64,000 nt of DNA from NCBI GenBank assembly GCA_030745835.1, contig JASLNU010000043.1:920-64919 (forward strand), given 5' to 3'. This document shows positions 9,904 through 18,656 of the stretch, one piece after another; the first letter of the stretch is position 1, and each line of letters begins with the position of its first letter. A program made the position numbers and the translations under genes. The DNA comes from Rhodospirillales bacterium. GTDB taxonomy: Bacteria > Pseudomonadota > Alphaproteobacteria > Rhodospirillales > UBA2165. Below the pieces are notes generated by a model. The model ran no database searches. It was given only the letters and a program-made list of their open reading frames with translations, and had not been told where the DNA came from.

Positions 9904-11094
9904 TCAATCCCTTAGGCGGCCCAACAGGTTATCGGAAATGATGCGTTGCTGGATTTCCGAGGTGCCTTCGAAAATCTTGGTCAGGCGCGCATCGCGCCAG
10001 TGGCGCTCGACCTGATGATGCTTGGTGTAGCCGGCGCCGCCGTGGATTTGAATGGCTTCGCTGGTCACCCGCTCGGCCATTTCGGCGGCGAAATATTTGA
10101 CCATCGCGGCTTCGCTATCACAGCGCCGGCCGCTGTCAATCTCGGTGCAGACATGGTGCAACAGGGCTTCCGCCGCCTCGACCTCGGTGGCCATGGTGGC
10201 GATCTTGAAGCGGATCGCCTGGAAATGGCTGATCGGCCTGCCGAACTGTTCGCGCACTTGCGCGTAGGCAATCGAATCCTCGAGCGCGCCGCGGGCCAGG
10301 CCGATGGCGCGGGCCGCCGTGTGCGCCCGCCCCACTTCCAGGCTTTCCGCCATCAGGTAAAAGGCGCGCCCCTCTTCGCCCAAGATGGCATCGCCGGGCA
10401 CCCGCACATTGTCGAAGGCCAGCTCCCAGGTCTTCCAGCCGAAATAGCCGATCTTGGGAATCGGCGTGCCCTTAAGGCCGTCCAGAAAGCCGCCGCGCGG
10501 CTTATCGACCATCAGCGCCGTCAGGCCCCGGTGCGGATGGGCGGCATCGATCTCGGGCTCGGTGCGGGCGATGACGATGATGCAGTCGGCGCCGTCGGCG
10601 AAGGTGCACCAGTATTTGTTGCCGGTGATCAGCCAATCATCGCCGTCGCGGCGCGCCCGGGTCCGGATGTTGGAAATGTCCGATCCAGTCTGCGGCTCGG
10701 ACATGGCCAGCGCGCTCAAATATTCGCCCTTGGCCGCCCGGCCGAGCAAGTCCCGGCGCTTCGCTTCGGTGAGGGTTTCGGTGCCCATCAGCCAGTTGCC
10801 GTGGCGGATCAGGGTGGCGGCGCTCATCCAGGCGCGCGACAGTTCCTGCGTCACCAGGCAATATTCGAAGGCGCCGAGGCCGAGGCCGCCATATTGTTCC
10901 GGAATGATGATGCCGAAAAAGCCGAGATCGGCCATTTTTTGCATCAGTTCGGCGGGGATATCGCCCTCGACCGGGTCCAGTTCGTTGGCCACCGGCAAGA
11001 TTTCGTTGATCGCGAATTCGCGCGCCGTTTCCTTGATCATGCGCCGCTCTTCGGTCATAAGGCCGGGGGGTGCGTTCATTGGTTTCGCGTTCAT
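9904..11094 (-). CDS. Acyl-CoA dehydrogenase
   Basis: ORF 9904..11163. LTEERRMIKETAREFA-type N-terminus, SEPQTGSD, and a C-terminal IFEGTSEIQ motif. Start uncertain: candidate ATGs at 11094, 11079 and 11058, none with a strong RBS. Confidence 0.85.
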   Translation of the reverse strand: MNAKPMNAPPGLMTEERRMIKETAREFAINEILPVANELDPVEGDIPAELMQKMADLGFFGIIIPEQYGGLGLGAFEYCLVTQELSRAWMSAATLIRHGNWLMGTETLTEAKRRDLLGRAAKGEYLSALAMSEPQTGSDISNIRTRARRDGDDWLITGNKYWCTFADGADCIIVIARTEPEIDAAHPHRGLTALMVDKPRGGFLDGLKGTPIPKIGYFGWKTWELAFDNVRVPGDAILGEEGRAFYLMAESLEVGRAHTAARAIGLARGALEDSIAYAQVREQFGRPISHFQAIRFKIATMATEVEAAEALLHHVCTEIDSGRRCDSEAAMVKYFAAEMAERVTSEAIQIHGGAGYTKHHQVERHWRDARLTKIFEGTSEIQQRIISDNLLGRLRD

Positions 11095-11131
11095 TTGACA
11101 AGTGGCGGAATGGCATGTGACATAGGTTCGA

Positions 11132-11170
11132 GCAAGTACAGCATGAGGCGCACATGATGGCAACGGCGGC
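11132..11170. repeat. Left copy of a 39-bp imperfect direct repeat flanking the AT-richer island
   Basis: GCAAGTACAGCATGAGGCGCACATGATGGCAACGGCGGC versus the copy at 13437-13475. 33 of 39 positions identical by manual alignment. Confidence 0.7.
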
Positions 11171-11241
11171 GGCGGTGGAATAATTTGAATGACAATGTAA
11201 TTTGGATATAGTGACTGTGAAATATCGGGTCACTTGGGAAT

Positions 11242-11949
11242 ATGAGATCGAGCATGTTGCCCAAGAAGTTGATTGTCAGTATCGTCAAACTAGGTCTGCG
11301 ATTTATTTGCTTTGGCATAATTCTCCAAATTCTCTTCGGAGACCGAGTAGTCGATTTCGTCGGTAAGATTATTGCGATTTTGAAATTTTTGGGTGATCAC
11401 GGCCCGATTGGCCTGTTCGCTGTGATTGGCATAGGATGGTTGGTCTTTTGGATGTCGATTGAACCAACTGACCGTTTAACGAATGGCACAGAAATTGCTA
11501 TGAACACGGCGCCTAACAATTGGTTTTCGAGAAATAAGGACACAATCGGGGCCATCTCCAGCATAGTGTCAATGGTGGCTTTTGTTTTTGCGGCATGGCA
11601 ATTTTGGCTCACGCGCGGGATAATCGAAGCTGGGGCAACAGCGAATGCGCTTCAGCAAGCACGTTCATTTATCAGCCAAGTCGAAAGAACCCCGGACACC
11701 GCAGCGACGGTTTACGGGTTACCCAAAATCAAGCTTTTGGAGCACCTTTTTGTAACCAAGGTTGTCAGTTTATACTCTGAGCAATTTGTATCCAACCAAG
11801 CAGGCATTCTTGGTGATGAGCATTGGAATATTTTCAAGAGTGAATTATGCAACTTCTATAAAAAACCACGTGCCAAGACTGTGATAGACGCCCAACTCGT
11901 GAGTAACAACTATCCGAAGGAATTTGCTGATGTTCTACGGAATTGTTAG
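11242..11949 (+). CDS. Hypothetical membrane protein (three predicted TM segments plus a soluble C-terminal domain)
   Basis: ORF in an AT-richer island. Hydrophobic stretches LGLRFICFGIILQILFG, GLFAVIGIGWLVFWM and ISSIVSMVAFVFAAWQFWL. No family recognised. Confidence 0.5.
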   Translation: MRSSMLPKKLIVSIVKLGLRFICFGIILQILFGDRVVDFVGKIIAILKFLGDHGPIGLFAVIGIGWLVFWMSIEPTDRLTNGTEIAMNTAPNNWFSRNKDTIGAISSIVSMVAFVFAAWQFWLTRGIIEAGATANALQQARSFISQVERTPDTAATVYGLPKIKLLEHLFVTKVVSLYSEQFVSNQAGILGDEHWNIFKSELCNFYKKPRAKTVIDAQLVSNNYPKEFADVLRNC

Positions 11950-12556
11950 GAAGTTTTTTACGACACCTTTCGCCTCTATTCTGCTGGTAATCGGAATGCT
12001 GCTGTTTTCAATAACGAATGCCTCAGCATGGCTTCTCGAGCCCCCCCCTGCCGTGATTGGCGTCGCGAAGGATGACATTAAGGAATTTGAAACGGCTTCA
12101 AAATTTTTTCTCTTGGGAACAGTCAAGCTCTTTGAAGCTCTGCATATCGCCGAAGCTGAAAGTGTGCCGATTTCGCCGAAAGCCTTGGGGGAATCGGTAG
12201 GCTTGATTACGGAGAGTGCAAATAGATTCCAAAAACTGCAAGATTCAAGCCTCCGGAACGCGAAACTAAACTGGGATTCGGTCAAGAAACAATTGCCTGC
12301 CCTAGGGCGTCAAAAAGAACGCGCCCTAAGACTTTTTAAGGGAGAATTTGCGACTGCTGGAGACCTTTCGAGACTGCTCGCCCTGTCAGCAGGCCGTGCG
12401 GCGAAGGCAATTCAAAGTCTCGCGGACAGCGAGCTTGGGCCAAAAAAACCTGCTAATCGTAAAGGCCGTGAGGCCTTGCATCGGGCCATTGGTCTAGTCA
12501 ACTTATACCTCGGGGTTGCTAATGCTGGAGCATTGGCGCTCGCATTGGATACCTAG
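11930..12556 (+). CDS. Hypothetical exported/membrane-anchored protein
   Basis: ORF 11924..12556. ATG 11930 is preceded by GAAGGAA and overlaps the upstream ORF by 20 nt. N-terminal signal-like segment ILLVIGMLLFSITNASA. No family recognised. Confidence 0.45.
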   Translation: MFYGIVRKFFTTPFASILLVIGMLLFSITNASAWLLEPPPAVIGVAKDDIKEFETASKFFLLGTVKLFEALHIAEAESVPISPKALGESVGLITESANRFQKLQDSSLRNAKLNWDSVKKQLPALGRQKERALRLFKGEFATAGDLSRLLALSAGRAAKAIQSLADSELGPKKPANRKGREALHRAIGLVNLYLGVANAGALALALDT

Positions 12557-12693
12557 CGAGGCGATAAATTCACGTGAACCGGCGAATTATTACCAGCTTC
12601 GATCTATTCGATATTCGCCATACACCCGATCGTGATTTTCCTCTCTCGCCGCACTAAATTTTTGAATTGGGGGCCCGACTTCACAATCTGGAG

Positions 12694-13248
12694 TTAGCGC
12701 CATAGCGTAGCCCAAGGTCGCAGCATCTCCCAATGGGTGATTGGCGTCAGGATGCGAATGGCGAGCTCGCGCTCAACGTGCGCCGCGTTGCGCGGCAGGC
12801 GGCGTTCCACCGTCAGAAACGCTTCGCAACGAAGGACGATTGCATGCCGCAGGAGCAGCCGGTCTTTCTCGCTTAAGTACCCGAACTTGGGCTCGTCGAG
12901 GCGTTCGGCGAGGGCCTTGCTCTCGGTCGTTGCGCCTTCGCCTTCCAAGCAGACCTCGGAGTGATCGGCGATATCCCAGAGCCATCGCATGTGACCGGGA
13001 TCGCGCTTGTCGTTGGCCTCCCGCAAACTTCCGTGCGATACGATCCACTCGAACAGCGCACGTTCGTTGACCAGGAAGATGTTGCGGAGGGCCTCGACGT
13101 TATCGATGCCGTCTGTCACGCGGTGGATGCAGTCGGTATCGGGGATCGGTTCGGCCTCATATATGTAGTAGTCGTAATCCCGGAGCGTCTGCGCGGTGCA
13201 GGAATCTAAAAATATGCGGCGAGGCAATAATTCTAAGGCGCGATTCAT
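12694..13248 (-). CDS. Hypothetical protein, PIN-like domain suspected
   Basis: ORF 12694..13269 (TTG), trimmed to ATG 13248. RRIFLDSC at the N-terminus and DRLLLRHAIVLRCEAFLTVERRL at the C-terminus follow the PIN pattern (first-strand Asp, then D..A....llT.D), with the last acidic residue as Glu. Confidence 0.4.
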   Translation of the reverse strand: MNRALELLPRRIFLDSCTAQTLRDYDYYIYEAEPIPDTDCIHRVTDGIDNVEALRNIFLVNERALFEWIVSHGSLREANDKRDPGHMRWLWDIADHSEVCLEGEGATTESKALAERLDEPKFGYLSEKDRLLLRHAIVLRCEAFLTVERRLPRNAAHVERELAIRILTPITHWEMLRPWATLWR

Positions 13249-13436
13249 CGGTTGCGGGGTATATTCCAAGGCTCTGTTCAGGGTCGGGAAAAGCCTAGCA
13301 TATAAAATTGCGTTCTAGTCATCGGCGGATTAAATCAATTCCGCAAAAATGTGGTCAGCTCTTGAATTATAGATGGCGCTTCTGCAAGCAACAACATTCA
13401 CAATTCAAGACCTGACCCCCATAACTGATAAAGAGG

Positions 13437-13475
13437 GCAAGTACAGCATGGGGCGGCGGCGATGGCAACGGCGGC
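13437..13475. repeat. Right copy of the 39-bp imperfect direct repeat
   Basis: GCAAGTACAGCATGGGGCGGCGGCGATGGCAACGGCGGC, immediately downstream of the MFS stop codon (13480-13482). Confidence 0.7.
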
Positions 13476-13479
13476 ACGA

Positions 13480-14889
13480 TCACCAAGCGCGCCGCAGTCT
13501 ATTCCTCCAGAGGATCAAGCCGACGGCAACGATAATGGCGGCGATCAAGGCGTTGGCATTATAGACCGCGGTCATGGCGGCTTCGATGACCGCCCGCGGC
13601 GCCTCGTCGGCCAGCCCCGCGGCCGAGCCCAGCAGCCCGGCGATGGCGGCGCCGTAGGCGATGCCCAGCGCCCGCATGGTGGCCGCCGAGGATGCCGCCA
13701 CCGGCTGTTCATCGGGCGGCGCGGCGGCGATCGACCAGGCGATCAGGTGGTTGTAGGACATGCCGGTGCCGATCCCGATCAGGATGAAAGAAACCGCTAT
13801 CACCCAGACCGGCCCGCTGATCACGAACAGCGCCACGCCGATGGTGCCGATCAGCATCAGCACCAGCCCGCCGCCGATCGAAACGGCGACGGCGCGGCCG
13901 CGCAAGCCGCCGACCAGCACCGCGCCGACCGACCAGAAGAACGAGGTCAGGGCGAATATCCAGGCCGCGATGAGCGGCGATTGGGCGTGCAGCACCTGCA
14001 GGAACAGGGTGCCGAAGGCGCCGATTACCGTATGCACCGCCGATGTGATCAAGATGATCCAGTAGGCCGAGCCGAGCACGGTAAACACCGACATCGCCTT
14101 GGAGGGGAGCATTTTGTTCTCGGCGCCGTCGTCGCGCAAAAAGAAAACCACCGTCATCGCCAGCGACAGGCCAACCAGGGCCAGGCGCATGGTCATCGTA
14201 TCCATCTGTGAGGTTAGGCTGAGACAGAGGATGGCGGCGGCGATCAAGGTCAGACGCCAGACCGGGATACCGTGGACGGCGCCGCTGATTTTCGCGCGCG
14301 GGATGATCAGCCAGACCAGCCCGGTGAAAACAACCGCCACCGGCGCCACCGCCCAGAAGGCGCCGCGCCAGGAGCCCAATTCGGCAAAGACGCCGCCGAA
14401 TGTGGGTCCGACGATGGTGGCGACGCCCCAGGTCAGTGAAATGAAGGCAAGCGCCCGGGCGCGGAGATGGTCGGGGATCACCTCGCCGATCATGCCGTAG
14501 GATTGCGACACGACCGAGCCGCCCCCCAATCCCTGGATCAGCCGCCAGAACACCAGGGTGATAATGCTGCCCGACATGGCCGAACCGACGATCCCGATAA
14601 CAAACACCAGACCGGCCAGGGCCAGGCCGTTGCGCCGGCCGAGGGAACGGCGGATCGGCTCGGCGCTGGAGGTGCCGATGATCGAGCCGACCGAAAAGGC
14701 GATGAAGGTCCAGGTGTAAAAGCGCATGCCGCCGACATCGGCGATCACCGTCGGCATGATCGAGGCGATCAGATAGATATCGATGCCGTATAAGAGGACG
14801 CCGAGATTGAGGGTGATGGTGTAACGGGCGAGGCCGCCGCGAAACAAATCCGCCCAGCTAGTCGCTTCGCTTGGCATATCGGCGGCCAT
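13480..14889 (-). CDS. MFS transporter (long, DHA2-like, multi-TM)
   Basis: ORF 13480..14931, start trimmed to ATG 14889, 1 nt after the stop of the upstream MFS gene. Highly hydrophobic throughout. Paralogous to 14891..16357. Confidence 0.8.
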   Translation of the reverse strand: MAADMPSEATSWADLFRGGLARYTITLNLGVLLYGIDIYLIASIMPTVIADVGGMRFYTWTFIAFSVGSIIGTSSAEPIRRSLGRRNGLALAGLVFVIGIVGSAMSGSIITLVFWRLIQGLGGGSVVSQSYGMIGEVIPDHLRARALAFISLTWGVATIVGPTFGGVFAELGSWRGAFWAVAPVAVVFTGLVWLIIPRAKISGAVHGIPVWRLTLIAAAILCLSLTSQMDTMTMRLALVGLSLAMTVVFFLRDDGAENKMLPSKAMSVFTVLGSAYWIILITSAVHTVIGAFGTLFLQVLHAQSPLIAAWIFALTSFFWSVGAVLVGGLRGRAVAVSIGGGLVLMLIGTIGVALFVISGPVWVIAVSFILIGIGTGMSYNHLIAWSIAAAPPDEQPVAASSAATMRALGIAYGAAIAGLLGSAAGLADEAPRAVIEAAMTAVYNANALIAAIIVAVGLILWRNRLRRAW

Positions 14890-14890
14890 G

Positions 14891-16357
14891 CTAGCCGGCC
14901 GCCTCAGGCGATTGATCGGCCGGCCCGGCAACCGCGCTCCGCCGGGCGCTGATCATCAGCGGGACCGCAACCATCAGGGCGAGCACGGCGAATATGATGT
15001 TGATGCTATAGACCCAGTTCATGGCGTGGGCCAGGACGCCCGGTTCCGGAACCGTTTTCAGCCCCGCCATGGCGGCGATCAATCCGGCCATCGCCGCGCC
15101 AAAGGACAGGCTCACCGTGCGGATCGTTTGTACCGCCGCGCCGGCAATGTGGCGTTCGTGTTCGCCGGCGCCGGCGATGGCGCGCTGGATCACCGGGTTG
15201 TTGTAGAAGCCGGTGCCAAACCCGATCAGGAAGAAACTGATTGATAGGTACAATACCGGTCCCGAGGTCACGAACAGGGCCACTCCGACGGTGCCAATCA
15301 CCAGCAGGACCAGGCCGAAAATGATGGCCGCCAGTTCCCGGGTGCCGCGCCAGGATGCAACCACCAATGCACTGCCGGTCCAGGCGAAGGACATGATCGC
15401 CGACAGGTAGGCGGCGGCCAGCGGCGTCGACCCATGCAACACCTGTAAATACAGGGTCGTATAAACACCGAGGAATACGATCACGAGGGTCGCCAGGAAC
15501 AGGATCCAATAGGCCATGCCCATCTGGCCCGCGATGTTCATGGCTCGGCGCGGAAACATGTTTTTTTCGGCGCGGCTGTCGAGGCGGAAGGCGAAGATGG
15601 CGGTCAACGCCGACAGGGCGATCAAAATGCCGCGAAGCCAGTTGGCGTCAACTTCCGTGGTCAGGCTCAAGACCAGCACCGATACCGCGAGCAGGACCAG
15701 CCGCTGGTACGGGATCGCGGACAGCTTGCCGTGGCCCTCGGTCGGGCGGATGACCGCCCATGCCGCAATGGTAATTGCCAGACTCAGGACGCCGAGGCTC
15801 CAAAAGGCGCCGGGCCAGTATCCGATCTCGGCGAAAAAGCCGCCGAAGCCGGGACCGAACAGGGTGGCCACGCCCCAGGCCGTCGATATCAGGCTGAGGA
15901 CACGGCCGCGCAGTTGTTCCGGATACATCGATCCCACCAGCCCGTAGCTTTGCGCGGCGATGGCGCCGCCGCCGATGCCCTGGACGAAGCGCCAGAACAC
16001 CAGCAGCAGCATATTGTCGGCGATGGCGGCGCCGGCCAGCCCGATCACCATGATCAACCCGGCCCCGGCGTAGGAAGTTCTGTCGCCGAGCGCCTCGCGC
16101 ACCGGCCCGGCGCTGGCGGCGCCGATCACCGAGCCGACGGAAAACAGCGAAAACGACCAGGAATAATACTGCATGCCGCCGATATCGGCGACGATCGACG
16201 GCATGATCGCGCTCACCACGAACAGGTTGAGGCCAAAGAGGATGGTGCCCAGGGTCAGCACCAGGGTATAGGCCGCCAGCCGCCCGCTCAGGATATCGGC
16301 CCAGCTGCCGGCCGGACTGCCAGAGGGACTATCAGGATCGGGGTTGGGGCCTGCCAT
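14891..16357 (-). CDS. MFS transporter (long, DHA2-like), tandem paralog
   Basis: ORF 14891..16360 (TTG then ATG). Collinear similarity with the 13480..14889 product (WADxxxGxLAxYT, PSIVADIGGM/PTVIADVGGM, FWRxxQGxGGG). Confidence 0.8.
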   Translation of the reverse strand: MAGPNPDPDSPSGSPAGSWADILSGRLAAYTLVLTLGTILFGLNLFVVSAIMPSIVADIGGMQYYSWSFSLFSVGSVIGAASAGPVREALGDRTSYAGAGLIMVIGLAGAAIADNMLLLVFWRFVQGIGGGAIAAQSYGLVGSMYPEQLRGRVLSLISTAWGVATLFGPGFGGFFAEIGYWPGAFWSLGVLSLAITIAAWAVIRPTEGHGKLSAIPYQRLVLLAVSVLVLSLTTEVDANWLRGILIALSALTAIFAFRLDSRAEKNMFPRRAMNIAGQMGMAYWILFLATLVIVFLGVYTTLYLQVLHGSTPLAAAYLSAIMSFAWTGSALVVASWRGTRELAAIIFGLVLLVIGTVGVALFVTSGPVLYLSISFFLIGFGTGFYNNPVIQRAIAGAGEHERHIAGAAVQTIRTVSLSFGAAMAGLIAAMAGLKTVPEPGVLAHAMNWVYSINIIFAVLALMVAVPLMISARRSAVAGPADQSPEAAG

Positions 16358-16361
16358 CAAA

Positions 16362-17483
16362 TCAGGCCAGCGCCGGTATCCGGTCCGCCGTATAGAATTT
16401 TGCTTCCTGGATGCAATTCCAGATCCACCCCACGCCGTTTTTGTCGAAATAGGGGTTGATGTATTCCCAGACGATCTCGCCCTCGCGGGTGATCTGAAAG
16501 ATGCGCCCCTTGGCGCCCTCGGCGACCAAAATATTGCCGTTGGGCAGAACCTCGGCGCCGGAAATGAAGGCGCTATAGAAATTGAACATCGGCGTGTCCT
16601 GGTATTCCCAAACCACTTCGCGGGTTTTCATATCGAACTCGATGACCCGCGAATGGGATATGACGCCGGACCCCTTGCCGCGGTAGGTGCCGTTGTCGAG
16701 TATCAACAGGTTGCCGTTTTCCAGCAGATGCGGATCGTGCTGGCCGTAAAACGGCTCGGGACCGAATCTTTCCAGCACCTTGCCCGACGCTTTCTCGACA
16801 ATGAAGATACGCGATAGCTGGCGCGATGACATGATGATGCGCTCATCGTCGAGCGGGAAGGCGGCGTTGAAATGGGTCCATTCCCAGCGGGTACAGCTAT
16901 CGGGCACGATATCGATCCCGGTATCGAGATGCTCGGCGGCGCGCCATTGCCACAACAGGTTGCCGTCGCTATCGACTTCCTTGACCACGTCGGCCAGCAT
17001 GCGCTGCATCGGCTCGCCGCCGCCCTTGACCTTGGCCGCCTGTTCCGGGCTCAACTCTTCCACCGACAGATAGATGGCGCCGCCATCGGGCAGGCGGCGT
17101 CCGTCATGGTGATGGTGCGGATCGATATGTTCCCAGATGATATTGCCGTCCCAGTCATATTCCCGGAGCGCGCCGCCCTTAAAGAGGGAATAGGTGGGCG
17201 TCCAAAACCAAAGATCGTCGCGGATTTTGAGGTTCATGAACAGATTGCCGCCCGGCAGCAGATAGCCGTAGGTGCCCGGCTGGCAATCCAATTCCCAGCG
17301 GTGCACCTCGTCGCCGTCCATGTCGATCAGGATGACGGCGTTGGTGTCATTCATCGGCGCAAACAGGGTGTAACCCTGGCAGGCCTTATCGGGGTTGTGG
17401 GCGGTCACCCCGGTCTTGGCGATGCGCCGCCAGGTGACCTGGTCGATGGAGCCGTCGCCCCATCCCGGTAGAGACTGATCCAT
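16362..17483 (-). CDS. Arylsulfotransferase-like (ASST family) beta-propeller protein, no signal peptide
   Basis: Repeated xNGN blade motifs (LPGGNLFMN, LENGNLLILDNG, VLPNGNILVAEG) and W-E-W/Y strands. Paralog of 55185..56246. RBS GGGGGGAG before ATG 17483. Confidence 0.65.
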   Translation of the reverse strand: MDQSLPGWGDGSIDQVTWRRIAKTGVTAHNPDKACQGYTLFAPMNDTNAVILIDMDGDEVHRWELDCQPGTYGYLLPGGNLFMNLKIRDDLWFWTPTYSLFKGGALREYDWDGNIIWEHIDPHHHHDGRRLPDGGAIYLSVEELSPEQAAKVKGGGEPMQRMLADVVKEVDSDGNLLWQWRAAEHLDTGIDIVPDSCTRWEWTHFNAAFPLDDERIIMSSRQLSRIFIVEKASGKVLERFGPEPFYGQHDPHLLENGNLLILDNGTYRGKGSGVISHSRVIEFDMKTREVVWEYQDTPMFNFYSAFISGAEVLPNGNILVAEGAKGRIFQITREGEIVWEYINPYFDKNGVGWIWNCIQEAKFYTADRIPALA

Positions 17484-17492
17484 ACTCCCCCC

Positions 17493-18656
17493 CTAAAGCG
17501 TGGCTTCGGTGCCGTAGATGGCGGTCACCTGGCTCGACAGGACGCCGCCATTGCCGTTGGCGAGGGCGATATTGGCGCCCTCGATCTGGCGCTCGCCGCA
17601 TTGCCCCCGCAACTGTTCCACCGCCTCGATGGTGACGAACATGCCGTACATGCCCGGATGCACGCAGGAAAGCCCGCCGCCGTTGGTGTTGACCGGCAGC
17701 GAGCCGCCGGGGCCGATATTGCCGGCTTCGACGAAGGCGCCGCCTTCGCCCTTCCCGCAAAAGCCCAGATCTTCGAGGAACAGGATGGTGTTGATGGTGA
17801 AGGCGTCGTAAAATTCGGCGACGTCGATGTCGCTTGGGTTCAAACCCGCCATCGCAAAGGCGCGCGGCCCCGATTGTGCCGCCGGGGTAACCGTCAGATC
17901 GGGCATTTGCGCGATCTGGTCGTGGCTGGTGGCCGACCCGATGCCGAGCAGATAGACCGGCTTTTGCGGCAAATCCTTGGCCTTTTCCGCCGACACCATG
18001 ACGATGGCGGCGCCGGCGTCGGACACCAGGCAGCAATCAAAGAGGGTCAGGGGATCGCAGATCATGCGCGCCCCCAAGACATCCCCGATGCTCAGGGGAT
18101 CGCGCATCTCGGCGCGCGGGTTCCGCATCGCCCACTGGCGGGTCGAAACCGCGACCTCGGCCAGATGCTCGCGCTTGGTGCCGTATTCATGCATGTGCCG
18201 CGCCGCCGCAAGGGCATAGGAAACGATCGGATTGCGCGGATTGTATTCGGACGCATGCCAGGCGCCGGCGTTGGGATTGGCGCCCTCGCGGATTTTGTTC
18301 TTGCGGTTCGAGCGGTTGGTCGAGCCATAGGCGATCAGCGCCACCTTGCAGACGCCGGTGCGGATCGCCATCGCCGCCGATTGCACGCAATTGACGAAGG
18401 ACGAGCCGCCGATATTGGTGCCGTCGATGACGCTCGGCTGGATGCCGAGATATTCGGCCGCGTGCAAGGGATGGAAGACGCGCCCCATCGAGGAAACGAA
18501 CAAGCCGTCCACGTCCGGCATCGAAAGGCCGGCATCATTGAGCGCATGGTGGGCGGCTTCGGCCAGGACTTCGAGATGGTTCCTGCCCGGCAATTCGCCA
18601 AACTCGGTCAGGCCGATGCCGGCAACCGCGGCCGCGCCGCGCAATTCATGTGCCAT
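17493..18656 (-). CDS. Thiolase-like protein (SCP-x / lipid-transfer-protein type)
   Basis: ORF 17493..18764, start trimmed to ATG 18656 (MAHELRGAAAVAGIG). Thiolase fold with GGSSFVNC in place of the classic active-site context. Overlaps the upstream DUF35 gene by 11 nt, the usual pairing. Confidence 0.8.
   Translation of the reverse strand: MAHELRGAAAVAGIGLTEFGELPGRNHLEVLAEAAHHALNDAGLSMPDVDGLFVSSMGRVFHPLHAAEYLGIQPSVIDGTNIGGSSFVNCVQSAAMAIRTGVCKVALIAYGSTNRSNRKNKIREGANPNAGAWHASEYNPRNPIVSYALAAARHMHEYGTKREHLAEVAVSTRQWAMRNPRAEMRDPLSIGDVLGARMICDPLTLFDCCLVSDAGAAIVMVSAEKAKDLPQKPVYLLGIGSATSHDQIAQMPDLTVTPAAQSGPRAFAMAGLNPSDIDVAEFYDAFTINTILFLEDLGFCGKGEGGAFVEAGNIGPGGSLPVNTNGGGLSCVHPGMYGMFVTIEAVEQLRGQCGERQIEGANIALANGNGGVLSSQVTAIYGTEATL

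Larger units (their letters stand above)
11171..13436. mobile_element. About 2.3-kb AT-richer insertion (three orphan ORFs, no recombinase) bounded by direct repeats
   Basis: Abrupt drop in GC and change in codon style relative to both flanks. It splits a same-strand run of catabolic genes (MFS-MFS | ACAD-ECH-SDR) and has direct repeats at both ends. Confidence 0.5.
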
